From Amoeboaphelidium protococcarum X5 (Eukaryota; Fungi; Aphelidiomycota): a stretch of DNA of 64,000 nt. A program made the position numbers and the translations under genes. The DNA lies in NCBI GenBank assembly GCA_023515725.1, contig JALDTO010000206.1, forward strand, positions 687,910-751,909, in the 5' to 3' direction. Positions 41,841-54,198 of this stretch are shown piece after piece; position 1 is the stretch's first letter; every line of letters starts with the position of its first letter. The notes under the pieces were generated by a model. That model was given only the letters and a program-made list of their open reading frames with translations, searched no databases and had not been told where the DNA came from.

Positions 41841-43013
41841 TCATTTTGACAATTTTGAAGTTCTTGGTCTTTTACTCAAAGACACACTACCCAACTCCTG
41901 ACTTATTTTCTACTCTTCCACTTTCTATCGACTTGATGTAGATGCTTAGGACTACTGCGCCGACTACTCGCCCTATTACTGAACAATTATTTGCCCCAAG
42001 AGACCATCGGTGAAAGGCATATACGTCATCAGTTCCAGCTAAGGCAACTAGATTTATGCATTCTTGATATGGCCAGCTATAGCCAATTCATTGGCAGTCT
42101 ATACAAGATTCTCCACTAAAAGCTTCTGATTAGAGGCATTTGCTGGATTCGAAATAGCCATGCGCGCTCTAAACAGGCGTTTTTGCATATCTTGAACTAG
42201 GATGGACTATCTTTCAACCGGCATACCATATTTTAACGCAAGTTGTTGTTCGTGCCAACTCAAGATTGATTTAACTTCTTGGTGCAGCAGTTGCTTTTGA
42301 TGATTAATTTCTTTGATCCATATGCGCTCCAAATCATCGAGTTTCTACAGCATTTACTACTCAACTTGAACAATGTCCGACTGAAATGACTGCAAATTAT
42401 TAGATATTTAAGACACTCTACCAATCTCTTGTCCTAAGCTAGAAAGCATTTTCTTACTTGCAACATCGAAACTTACTGCAGCTGGTGTATCATGTTCCTA
42501 TTCACACACCTATTGGCACTGAGCACACGTAGGAGCGCGACATTCCATACAAAAATGGGTGCACATCATGTCGCTGTGTGCCTCACAGAACACCATCTTG
42601 TCAAGCCATTCGCCAATTCCAGTCGCTGTAAAATTCTACCTCACTGTAGAGGTAAGCGTATCCAGGTTAAACTGACTAGATTTATCAGCACTCCACTGCC
42701 ATTCTTGTCTGCAAATTGGACATTTCACTTTGACTTTCCGTCTCTGGGCAGTCCGAGCGTCAGATATTGCCTGAGTGAACAGTTATTAAACACATTTATG
42801 ACAGAGCGAATGATCGCAGTTGAGCATTCGATCAGCGACGCCATTCAGACAGATGGGACACTCTACCGATTTCTTTATAGCCTCCATTGACTGAAACCTG
42901 AATGGGGAACTTTGCTGGCTCAAACTATTAGGGAACGTTCCTCCTGCTGAAACGACTGACGATCGCGACGGAGATTCATTTCCATCCCCGCCTTCAAACT
43001 TTCGCTTTTACAT
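41841..43013 (-). CDS. RING-B-box-coiled-coil (TRIM/RBCC-like) protein, 390 aa
   Basis: ECPICL..CDHSLCHKC..KCPICR; CEAH..FCMEC..TCAQC..EH; followed by a helical Q/L/E-rich segment. Confidence 0.8.
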
Positions 43014-43391
43014 TCTGTTGATATCTGACACCTCTTATTTAATGCAATTGTATTTGAAATTTTCAGTTATTACAAATAAATACAAACTATTGTTATTACT
43101 TTTGTTCTTAAAATGGTAAAATTTAAACTCAGTTCATGGATGACCACCACTGATGAACTGCCATAGGAACGAAAGTTGCACTGTTTGATCTACCGTTGCT
43201 CTGTGGCTGCGGTGTGACTGTTCTTCATTCACGTTGTTTCAACTCGCGCCATCTCTACGCTGTTTCGGCCAGCCAGCCTGCCAGTCAACAGTTGTTCTTT
43301 TCTGTAAACGATTGTTACACTTTAGGAAATTTCTTGTGGCGCCTCTGCTTATCAACCAACCACTCAGCCAAACACTTTATCATAAAATCAA

Positions 43392-45904
43392 ATGGTAACC
43401 TTTCTTTGTTTCGTCTGTTTATATAAATTCTGTATTAATCATCATCAGCAATACATTTATCGTAATGTAGAGTAATTTCAAGGATTCTATAGACTTTATC
43501 AATCAGAAGCTGGGATTGAAGTTGACCACTGGTTAAAGTGAAGTGCACAAAGCATTGAAAGATGGAGTTGTATTATGTTAGTAAGTGTTGTTAACCTCTG
43601 ACTGTTGTAGATCTGATATCAAGTGTTCACCTTAATGTTTTGTAGGTTGATTAATGCGTTGTCGCCTGGTTGTATTTAGAGAATTAGTACTAAACCTCTT
43701 CCATTTTTGCAGATTGAGAATATCAACAACTTTATTGATGCCTGCAAATCTTGCGATGTTGGTCTGAACGAATTGTTTGAGGCTCAGGATTTGTTTAAAG
43801 GCCAATCTTTGGAAAAGGTAAGCTGTTTTGTAGTATTAACAGTACTTTAAATGTGGCTGATTAATCTTTTGATATCTCTTACTGTTTGTAGGTGAATGAG
43901 ACTATAATTGCATTGAAGAGGCAGGTGGAGAGTGGCAAGGTGCCAAATAGAGATTCGATGTAGAAGCCTAGTAAACGATCCAGTATGGTTGTGGAGATGA
44001 AGCATTCCAAGTCGAAGAATATGAAATTGCCCAATGCTGCAGAGCCATCGCCAAATTTTCCACGACTGACGGTGGAAGGTTAAGAGCAGTCTGCCGCACA
44101 TGATTCTACAGGCTCTTTGGAAGCTGATGAGATTGCATCCAGTTCAAAGTAGAAGAGATTAATGAGCAATCAGGATGCATCTAAGACATTTGTTGAAAAG
44201 TTATTGGGTAAGAAGTTTGAATCGACCTCTTTTCAGAATGATCTTCGTGATGGTGTTGTGCTGTGTCAACTTATGAACATTCTATCTCCAGACTCCGTGA
44301 AGGATATTAATATGACTGCTTAACCGTATCAGTAGATGGAGAACATTTATAGATTTGTGGAGGCTGCCAAAGTGTATGGAGTCAAATAGTCCGAACTATT
44401 TCAAACGAGTGATTTGTATGAGGGCCGTGACTTTCCACAAGTTTTAGTGACTTTAGCGTCTTTGGAGAGGATTCACAAGGCTCAATAGTAGTAGCAATTG
44501 CAGGTGTAAAGTAAATCAGTTGTGACGAGATCCACCTTCAGCGATTCTCCATAGTTGAGCGTGAATAGTAGCAGCACTAATACGAATACTAAGCAAAGGC
44601 CTAAAAGTCAACATGGATCCTCTGTTGGACCACGTATGAACCAGTAGAATTCAGTAGAGTCTTTTGATACCGATGCCAAAGGATTAAGATTAAGTGTTGT
44701 GCAGACTGCTGTGAATGAGACCACGGGTGAATAGTATGAAGATTCTCTTGACTATTAGCTTGGTGATTGTATTGGACGTGGTTAATTCGGCTCTGTGTAC
44801 CGAGCTTTGGAGCTGGGTAGTGGGTCGATATTTGCCATTAAACGTGTGAAATTGGATCAGTCCACGAAAGCTGAGTATGCCTCTGTAATGAAGGAGGTTG
44901 ATCTTTTAAAGTCGCTATCTCACCCGAATATAGTCAAGTACGAGGGAATAGTTATCAATGGTGGATATCTGAATATTATTTTAGAGTTTGTGGAGAATGG
45001 TTCATTATATCACACTATGAAGTAGTTTGGTGCGTTCCCCGAGAAGTTGGTTTTGTATTACACTTTTGGTATGTTGGAAGGACTTGCATATCTGCACGAC
45101 AAGGGCGTTGTTCATTGTGATTTGAAAGCTGCTAACATTCTGACTACAAAGACTGGTGTTATAAAGCTGGGAGATTTTGGTGTGAGTAAAGAGTTGAGAT
45201 TTGACCAAGGAGATACTTCTGTCGCAGGAACTCCCAATTGGATGGCTCCTGAGATTATTGAGCTGAAGGGAGCATCCCCGGCATCTGATATATGGTCGTT
45301 GGCGTGCACAATAGTCGAGCTGCTCACCACGCATCCACCGTATTTTGGATTTAATGCCATGACTGCTCTGTTTAAAATTGTAGAAGATGACTGTCCGCCA
45401 CTGCCTGAAAATATAACTCCAGAGTTAAAGAATTTTCTTCAGCAATGCTTTAACAAATAGGCTGCCGGTCGACCAAGTGCCAAATAATTATTGAATCATG
45501 AATGGTTATAGAAAGGCAAGAACGGAAAGAACACTGTGCGCATGTCACCAAGCTAATCTGTTCCAGTCTCTCCGGCTATGGTGTCCGGTATGTAGCAGTT
45601 ATCCATTTCCCCGCCCCCTAAATTTTGGTAAGATAATTCTGCTCCAGTCTCACCAGCCATTTAAAAAGAGGCGCCATATCCTGTGGTGAACTCCATCTAG
45701 TCTAGAACTGATGGCAAACAAGAGAAGCCACTACAGCAGTTACAACAGCAATAAGAAATTACCACGGCAGCCACTTCGCAGACTGCTCCTAGAAGAAATT
45801 CAAAGTCTGCGTCAAGTGAACTGGGAGGCAAGAAGAAGCCGAAATTGTAGAAGTCTAAGGGCGAAAGTAAGAAGAAGGATGATTCCAAGTGTGTACTTTG
45901 TTAA
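43392..45904 (+). CDS. Tandem calponin-homology domains + STE (Cdc15/Cdc7/SepH-like) kinase + polybasic CaaX; end is TAA 45904 (TGA 46042 if read through)
   Basis: [23 protein letters not shown]; [24 protein letters not shown]; [36 protein letters not shown]; [11 protein letters not shown]; 3 introns in the 5' part. Confidence 0.88.
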
Positions 45905-46038
45905 GCGTGTTAAATAAACGAAATTTTGTAAGACTTTTTGTTGTTGCGCTTACTCTTCAACTTTGTTGTTTCGCCACAAAACGATATAAAGGTCGTCGCG
46001 TTGATCATTACTGCTATTGAAAAGTCGCCCTAATAATA

Positions 46039-47005
46039 ATGATTAGATTAAATTTGATATCTAGACAGTACGCGCAGATTTGGAGATTGAGGCCAATTGG
46101 GAGGAGTATAAGTTAGAGTACGAAGCGTATGGAAAATCTAGATAGTAAATACAAGAGTTAATAGACGCGAAGTGTAAGTTTATGTGCAGCGATAAATATC
46201 ACCACTCTGCGTTTGTGGAGGCACGTATCGCGTATTGTAAAGACAGACTCTAATTTCATGTGTATGTATGTATGTGTAGCCGATTACTTGGAAGAGTCTA
46301 GCCGTGACATTCGCCATTGCTGGCGCTGGATTGTACTATCTACAGTAGGAGAAGAATGCTCTGATGAAGTAGAAAGCTCAGCGAGAGGCAGAGAAGCGTG
46401 GAATCTAACATGGACAAGTCAAAGTTGGAGGGCCTTTCTCGCTCATTGATGCCAAATCTGGGAAAGCTGTGACCGAAAAGGATTTCCAAGGCAAGTTTAT
46501 GCTGATGTATTTTGGATTCACCAACTGTCCGGATGTGTGCCCTGATGAGTTGGAGAAGATGGCGCTTGCTATTGAGAAAGTTGATAGTGTTTCCCTTGCT
46601 GGATCTTAAATCTAAAAGAAGACAGAAGGTACCTAAAGCGTCGGCGATATGATCGCTCCCATATTTATCAGCGTAGATCCGAAGCGTGATACTCCAGAGG
46701 TGGTCAAGAAGTACCTGGAAGAGTTTAGTCCGCGATTTGTCGGCCTAACCGGCGAGGACGCTGAGATAGACAAGGTTGCCAAGTCTTACAGAATCTACGT
46801 GTCCAAAGGTGATCCAATCCCTAATCCTAACGGAAAGGGCGAAGATGACTATCTCGTAGACCACAGCATATTCTTCTTCTTGATGGACCCTAATGGTGCG
46901 TTCGTTGACTTTTACGGTCGCAATGCCACTGCTGATGAGATTGCCGATAAACTGGTGAAGCGCGTCAGAGAATGGAAACTGCATAAAGATTCTAATAGAC
47001 TATGA
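46039..47005 (+). CDS. SCO1: Sco1/Sco2 copper chaperone, intron 46174-46279
   Basis: Arg-rich presequence; GGPFSL, YFGFTNCPDVCPDEL, FISVDPKRD, YLVDHSIFFFLMDP. Confidence 0.95.
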
Positions 47006-47550
47006 AATTTTGTTTATTTTATTGCGTATACTATATTCCCCTCCTCCTTACAAGTAATTCTTGCTTTTGTTTTTACTGAATCATCTCCAGTATCTTCGTA
47101 TCAGTCCTTTAGAGCATTCACTCTTGCCCAGAACTGCTAAGGGCCCAGTGTGAGAAGAAGGCAGTGTAAATTCATAAAGTATTGACTCGAATTATTAAAT
47201 TGAGTTGCATTAACATGATACAAGTCCTCAAAGAAACTATTTCAGCTCAGGCTGACTTGAGAAATGACCATCATTCCTTTATATCGCTTCTTCTTCTTAT
47301 TTGTCGTTTTTTTCTCAGAACGAACAAATTAAAGTACGACCATCTCCTCCATTCGTTCGTTCAAAGGACTTTTGCGTTGACCATAAGTGATCAAAGCGCG
47401 CGCGAGAAAAGCCCGACCTTAACCGTCGATTAAATCTCAAAATCTTTTCCTTGCCAGATTGCCTGTAATTTGCTTTAGCTTGTAGTGTCAAGTAAGAATA
47501 GTATCATTTTATCCACAGATATCCAGATAAAAGATATTAAATCAACAAAA

Positions 47551-48309
47551 ATGGTTTCCCCATCTAGAAACGAATTACTGCCTGGCGGAGTGGAGCGCTA
47601 TTCACGTACTGCAATGTACAAGCGCCGTGGAATGTATAAGAGAACTATTGAGAAGAAATTGCCACAGGTACAGGATGAGTAGACTCCTAAGCCAGCTACG
47701 AGGAAGGTGAACACTACCAATGATAAGACTGGAAATCGCGTAGTCGCTGCTGAGAGACTGCCAAAGTATTATCCTGTGGAATCAGCCACTCAGGCAAAGT
47801 CATCGCGTAAGACCAAGAAGCAGCCAAAGGCTCGTCTGAATGCTGCCATCACTCCTGGTACAGTATTGATCTTATTGACCGGTCGCTTCCGTGGTAAGAG
47901 AGTTGTATTTTTGAAATAGTTGGACAGCGGACTTTTGCTAGTCACTGGCCCATTCAAGGTCAACGGTGTACCATTGAGACGCGTCAACCAGGCTTATGTC
48001 ATTCCAACTAGCACCAAGATTGACGCTGCTGAGGCTGTCAAGGCTGCCGCTGATGTAACTGATGCTCTGTTCACAAAGGTAACTGACAAGTAGGCTGACC
48101 AGAAGAAGAAGGGCAAGAAGGATGCTGATGCTCTGTTCGATGGCAAGAAGAAGGAAAAGACTCCATTAGATTAGGCGTTTGTCAGCTTGTAGAAAAAGGT
48201 TGATGCTGCTTTGGTGCCTGTTGTTAAGAACACTCCGCTGTTGAAAGGATACTTGTCTTCACTGTTCTCTTTGAAGAGCAATGACAGGCCTCACTTGCTG
48301 AAATTCTGA
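47551..48309 (+). CDS. RPL6: 60S ribosomal protein L6 (eL6)
   Basis: [52 protein letters not shown]; PHLLKF-TGA. Confidence 0.97.
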
Positions 48310-48429
48310 TTTCATCTCTGTCATGAAGACCGATGAGTTTATAAAGTATTTCAATCAATCTATATCTTGCAATTTAATGATTATTCATTAGCAATATCAC
48401 TTATGCCACTCATAATAATGCTACTTGTT

Positions 48430-48855
48430 TCAGAGTCTGAATTTCAAATCTAGCTTCCTACTTATAAACTCCAGAAATGCGACGGTCGGAGATGTCTAGC
48501 CCTTCTCCATTTCTTGCAGTATTCGATTTCGCCACTGATTATAAGTCGCCAGTTTAAACAGCTCCAATCGCGCCTCTCTTGCAAGTTCATATTATTATCG
48601 CCGCTAGGCATTAGTCATTGCTTTCTTTGCCTTTTAAGCCTACGCCTTTTCTTTGGCAGCATCTTGATTCTACTCTTCCGATGTTGATGCAGGTATCCCA
48701 TATAGTCTATACAGCTCTCGCTTCCTTCTCTCTTGCGCAATCTTGGATGGTATCAGTGTGATATACGACCGTTCAGCATCTTCATCTAGATATAAATCTA
48801 CCAGCTCCATGTCATCCTCTTAGTGTGATTGTTTCAGACTGTTACAAAGCCGCAT
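48430..48855 (-). CDS. Hypothetical protein, ~141 aa, start uncertain
   Basis: TGA-free, charged helical frame (AQERRKRELYRLYG...); no family recognised. Confidence 0.4.
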
Positions 48856-49343
48856 TTTGATAAACTCGGAAGACTATAATCTTTACTTCCTGGCTCAAAC
48901 TAATGAGAAATAATCCGTAAGTACTGTGTAAAGTATAAGAAATGGGGTGTGCAAAGTCGTGATATGATCTGGTGATTGTATCACGTTTTGGCAAGAACGT
49001 GATCTCAACGTCGTGTTTCTCTGGTGCTCCCTTATCAGCCACTCAATCTAAAGAAATATGTGGTACAAAGTAATCGCTTGCCGTCGAGGATAGGACATGG
49101 GCTTGACTAGCATAGAATGAAGTCTCTATAAAAATATGAATATTACTATGTCGTGTTTGGCAAGCATGAATATGATCTAGCCAAGATATCAATTAACGCA
49201 ACATCAGTGCAATGGCCAATCAGAACTAAGTCGAAAATGAGATCTGAAATATCAATTTATCAATACCCTATGAGTTGATGATTTTATTTATCTTACTACT
49301 ACAATAAAGAACTCTAACATCAACAATATTTGATACATTTAAT

Positions 49344-49853
49344 ATGAAATTCTTAGCCTTTGGTATTTCTCTGCTGCTATCTACTAACGTACGCGTCAGT
49401 GCGTACAATATTCTGTAGGAAGATCCTGCCTTCTTGGAGACTACTTGCCAGAACAATATTGCGCAGTGTGACACCTTCTGTAAGCCAGAAGGCACGGTGA
49501 AAAATGTGTGCGACTCCTCTTCAATGCAGTGGGAGTGTGTATGTAAGGGTAATCAAGTCCCACCTGACACCAAGATTACGTTCCCTGTGGCTTATGAAAT
49601 CTGCTCCGGAAACTACAAGGAGTGTGCTGCCAAGTGTGTGAGTGACTAGGCGTGCTAGGATCGTTGTGGGCAGCAGTTCAAGTGTGACAACATCACTCCG
49701 ACTTCAAACTCCACCACTCCAGCTGATGTTCCATCTCCATCATCGTCTACAAAGAAGAAGACTCCAAGTCCAGAGGATTATCAAAATGCTGCCACATCTC
49801 TATCTGTCACGTATCTCTCCGCTGCTGTGATGCCTATCTTGGCTATATTGTGA
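49344..49853 (+). CDS. Small secreted Cys-rich, probably GPI-anchored protein, 169 aa
   Basis: Signal peptide, ~12 Cys, S/T/P linker, hydrophobic C-terminal tail. Confidence 0.8.
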
Positions 49854-50247
49854 TTTTAGCTGTGATCTTAACATAATGATCAAATTACTCATGATTTTCA
49901 TCGTTTCCACATTGTTTTCAGTTCTTGCAGTAGACACGCTGTAAAGATTACGCTTAACATTGATCTCTGAAGGTATCATCCAAAAAGCAATATTTGCCAA
50001 TTCGCTATAATTCAAAATCGATTTTTACAATCTTTATGACATCCATCTATCAACAATTATACTTTATAGTTATGGGCTGACTTGTACAGGAATCTCACTA
50101 ATCGTTATACACTGAGGTAAACACGGCGTAGAATCTTTGATCGCCATTGTTTTCTTCTTCTCTACGTTTAGAAGTAGAGTATCTTCTTCACTAAACACTC
50201 ACTCACCCACTGATCTTTAATAAGGAAATATAGTTTTTTATATAGAT

Positions 50248-53124
50248 ATGCCGTTTGTTGCCAATGTGTCAAAATATAGAAATGCAGTGGCCAAGCCTGG
50301 CAAGAAGGAAGAGTGGTATTGTGAGTTACCTTCTGTGTACACTGGAAACGATGCATGCAACAGTGTAGAGTCATCATTGAAATGGCTTGCTTATAGAACT
50401 GGCTCTTCTGGATAGAATGTGTAATTTTTAGATGTTTACAAAGCTGGTAAATATCATGGCATGTCTGATATGGATAGATGTGAGTTTGGCGCCGGTTGTG
50501 GAATTGTAGATTTAAAGTTCTCTCCATTCGACTCAGATGTACTCTTAGCTGGATGTGAAGATTAGAGTATCAGAGTTATTAAAGTGTAAGATAAGCCAGA
50601 TGGTAAACCAGAGACTTTGATGAATTCTTGTATCCAAGTTCCTCACAAAGTGGATTGCCTGGAGCATCATCCTTCCTGTGCTAATCTCATCTCTGCAGGC
50701 TGTGATAAAAGTATTCACCTGATCGACTATGGAGTTGGCTCAGTTGTTAGTAGCTGGAGTGACCATGGAGATGTTATTTAGAGTACAACGTGGAAATCGA
50801 ATGGTCAACTGTGTGCCTCGGTGTCTAAAGACTGTTTTATGCGTGTATTTGATGTTAGAAAAGATAGCAGTGTCGGGAAGGTGAGTTCACACGCTGGTTC
50901 TAAACTGAAAGGCTCTCGTGTGTAATGGCTTGGCAATAGTAATTATGTTTTATCCACTGGCTTTGGTGCTCAGAGATAGAGAGAGTACGCATTATATGAT
51001 CACCGTAATATGAGTTCCGCTGTGGACAGACAGACGATTCCCGGTAGTTCTGGCACTGCTCTCCTGCTTCCCGTCTTTGATGTGGATACTAATATCATTT
51101 ACATGGTATCGAGAGGTGAAACTAGTCTGAGATGGCTGGAATTTAATAGTTTGGTGACTAGCGGTTCTATGCTATCTCCTGTACAGTCTGCAATACTGCC
51201 TGCGTCAGTCTCTGGTGCTTGCTTGTTAAAAAAGAGATCTCTCAACGTAATGGAGGCTGAGATTAATCGCCTGATTTGTGTTTAGGCTAGTGAGGGTGGT
51301 GCGTCTTCTTCTGCTCTGGTTCCCGTTTCGTTTGGTGTCCCTAGAAAGTCTTACAGAGATTTCAGTAGTGATCTATTTGGTAATGGTACAGCTGGCTCTG
51401 ATCCATTCTTTTAATCTTATGCACAGCTTAAAGAGGCCAAATATGATTAAGGGGATGCTACGTATGGTCTCGTACCTACTGTTAGTCTGGATCCTGCAGA
51501 TGGATACCTGGTTAACAGTAGAATTACTAAAACGAAGCAATCTGTATAGTCCGATAAATAACCTCAAGCTAGCAGTGCGGTTAAAAAGGATGATGCACCA
51601 ATGGCACGTTTAAATTTGAAGGATCAGACTGGTGGAAAAGAAAGTCCACTCCAAAGTCCATCGAGTGAGAGCAACACTTCTCGCAGAGCCAGCAATACTC
51701 CACTAGCTTTGTAAAATGTTAGAAAATCTACTTATCGTTACATTTTGGGTACTACTTAGCATCAGTCCAAGAATTTTGAAAACGTTTAGAATCTGAATAT
51801 TTTGCCTGGAGAGAGCGATATGTTGCACTCCAATAGTAAATTCCTGGCTTATCCAATAATGGGAGCAGGTGGGAGAGTTGTGGTGTTACCCACCAGTAAG
51901 CCGGGTCGCTTGCCTCCAGTTACTCCTTGTGTTATAAATGGAGTTGATCTGCTGGACTTGTCTTTGAGTCGTTTGTAGCCTGATCTATTGTTAACTGGTT
52001 GTGAAGATGGTAAAGTTCGTGTGTGGAAGTTGCCAGAGGACGGCACGACGAAAAAGGATTTAACTGAGCCATTTGTATCTCTGAGTGGTCATCAGAATCG
52101 TGTTAACATTGTCAAGTTCCATCCCTATGTTAGTAATTTAGCCATCTCGGCCGAGGCCTAGGGAATGAGCACCCAGACCTCCATCAAGTTGTGGGATATC
52201 AATGCTGGTCGAAATTTGAATACTCTATCGTGCTTCCAGGATGTTGTACAGAGTATTGATGTCAACATGGATGGTTCAGGGACTTTGGCAACTTCATGTA
52301 AAGACAAACTGGTTAGATTGATAGATCCTCGTCAGCAAAAGGAGTCGGCTGCGTTCGCGGCTCATGAAGGAATCCGTGGAAGCCGTGTGTTCTGGGTAGA
52401 TAGTCACCATGTTGCATCCGCTGGATTTGGTCATGGGAGTTAGCGCGAGCTTTCGCTGTTTGACATTCGTAAAGCTAATGTACCGCTGTAAGCTTTGTAG
52501 TTTGATGTATCGCCTGCGATATATGTCCCTCATTTCGATGCTGATACCTCTGTTGTCTATCTTTGCGGAAGGGGTGATACCAGCATTCAGCCAGTGGACA
52601 TTACTCTATCTCATACAACCGAACCATTATACGCATTGCCTAAATTTGAGTCTGTAGGTGCCACAATTCAGTAAGGCACATCGTTCTGCTCAAAGAAATA
52701 TTTGGATGCGAAGAATATTGAGTTTGGTCGTTGTTATCGTCTTACTCTGGATAAAATTGAGACTATCAGCTTCTCAATGCCAAGAAACAGAAAGGAGTAC
52801 TTCCAGGATGACATTTTCCCAGTGACTATTGATGATGAAATGGCGACAATGTCTGCTGATGAATGGATATCAAAGTCGAAAGATGTTGCCCCAAGTAAGA
52901 GTTTGAATTTACAACCGGCTGGAATGACTCCGTTGTCTGAAGCTCCGGTCGAACAGAGACGACCATCAAAATATGTTTTGGAGACTGGGGAAAGGCCGTT
53001 GACTGACTCTCAGAAGCAGGAGAAGTTTTTGACTGGCATGTTCAAGAATGCTAAGGATGAAATTGATAATACACCTTTGGTTCAAGATAAGATGGAGGGT
53101 GTGGATGAGAGTGAATGGGATTGA
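50248..53124 (+). CDS. CORO7: Tandem coronin (coronin-7/POD-1), 958 aa
   Basis: VSKYRN start, two WD40 coronin units, PRNRKEYFQDDIFP, acidic end MEGVDESEWD-TGA. Confidence 0.93.
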
Positions 53125-54198
53125 ATAAATTTTGCTAGTTTACAACCACTGTGTGAGTTCTTTCATGTAAAGTTTATCCTTCAAAACGGAGCAATTGTTG
53201 AGTTGGACTAACCGTGCAATATGGTTCTAATATCGCGAACAATTCATGTGCAACCTTAATGGCTTAGCGGTCAGAGAGACGCGCGTTCAAGTCCGGCTGG
53301 CAACAGCTGTAACCGAAAGGGGACTTCAAAGCGGGATATTGGCTTCGCCTGGCAGATTCATTCAATTTGCCACGTGGTGTTGACAAGCACGGAGTGACCA
53401 ACAGTATTCTGAGAGTAATCTCGGGCGACTCGGGTCTTGAAAAATTGGGGAATGGTTCAGGCAGGCAACTGCGCAGACAGAACCAATTGCTCTGATGCTC
53501 GTGTTGACATTACAGTGGATCCCAAATTGGAGGCTTTCTCCACGGCACAGCCCATAAACTTTTTTTATATTTTGATAGATTGCAAAGACTGTTTTAAGAT
53601 GGTTCCACAAGATTTTTATATAAAACAAGTGAGAGTCGCGCGCGCGGCGCGAAAATTGATGATCATTATTATTAACACTTGTTATCACTCTTCATCTGTA
53701 GTAATTACATCTTTAAACGTACCGGTTTAGAGTTAAACAATTTTATAGAGTCCTCAGAATCAGAGTTGTCGCTAGTTTCATAATGTTAAGTCAGATCTTC
53801 TCAATTTGAAATTGAGTCGGCAGTTGAATAGATATAATCACGCGTATTATCTATCAATTTTATATTCATTACCAAGGTTTTTACGCGGTTATTATTCGCG
53901 AGCCATTTTATGAGGCGACTTCTTTTTCATTGTCTACTTCATCATTTCATCGTAAGAATCGTAGTCTAAATGTTATTTTACAGCAAAGGAGGCCGGAGTG
54001 TTACTTCATTTGGGGATAAATTCAAAGGACTGGTATTGGCGATTGAGATCATTATCACGTACTCCCTTGCAGTACCCAGTCATTTTCGTCACCATTGTCA
54101 TTGTAAGACAGGGCGCCTTATTGCGAATGACTACGGAGGAATTGTTATTGAAATTTTTAATTATAGATATTTTCTTTTCTTTGCCCATAAATTACATA

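Noticed and set aside
46039-46042. ATGA overlap as bacterial-style translational coupling
   Set aside because: Intron-containing eukaryotic genes; AATAAA and CaaX point to the kinase ending ~135 nt earlier.
53255-53330. Functional (suppressor) tRNA gene
   Set aside because: No cloverleaf or anticodon arm can be folded.
53362-53730. Overlapping ORFs 53362-53688 (-) and 53437-53730 (+)
   Set aside because: Non-ATG starts and no motifs; cannot be supported as genes.
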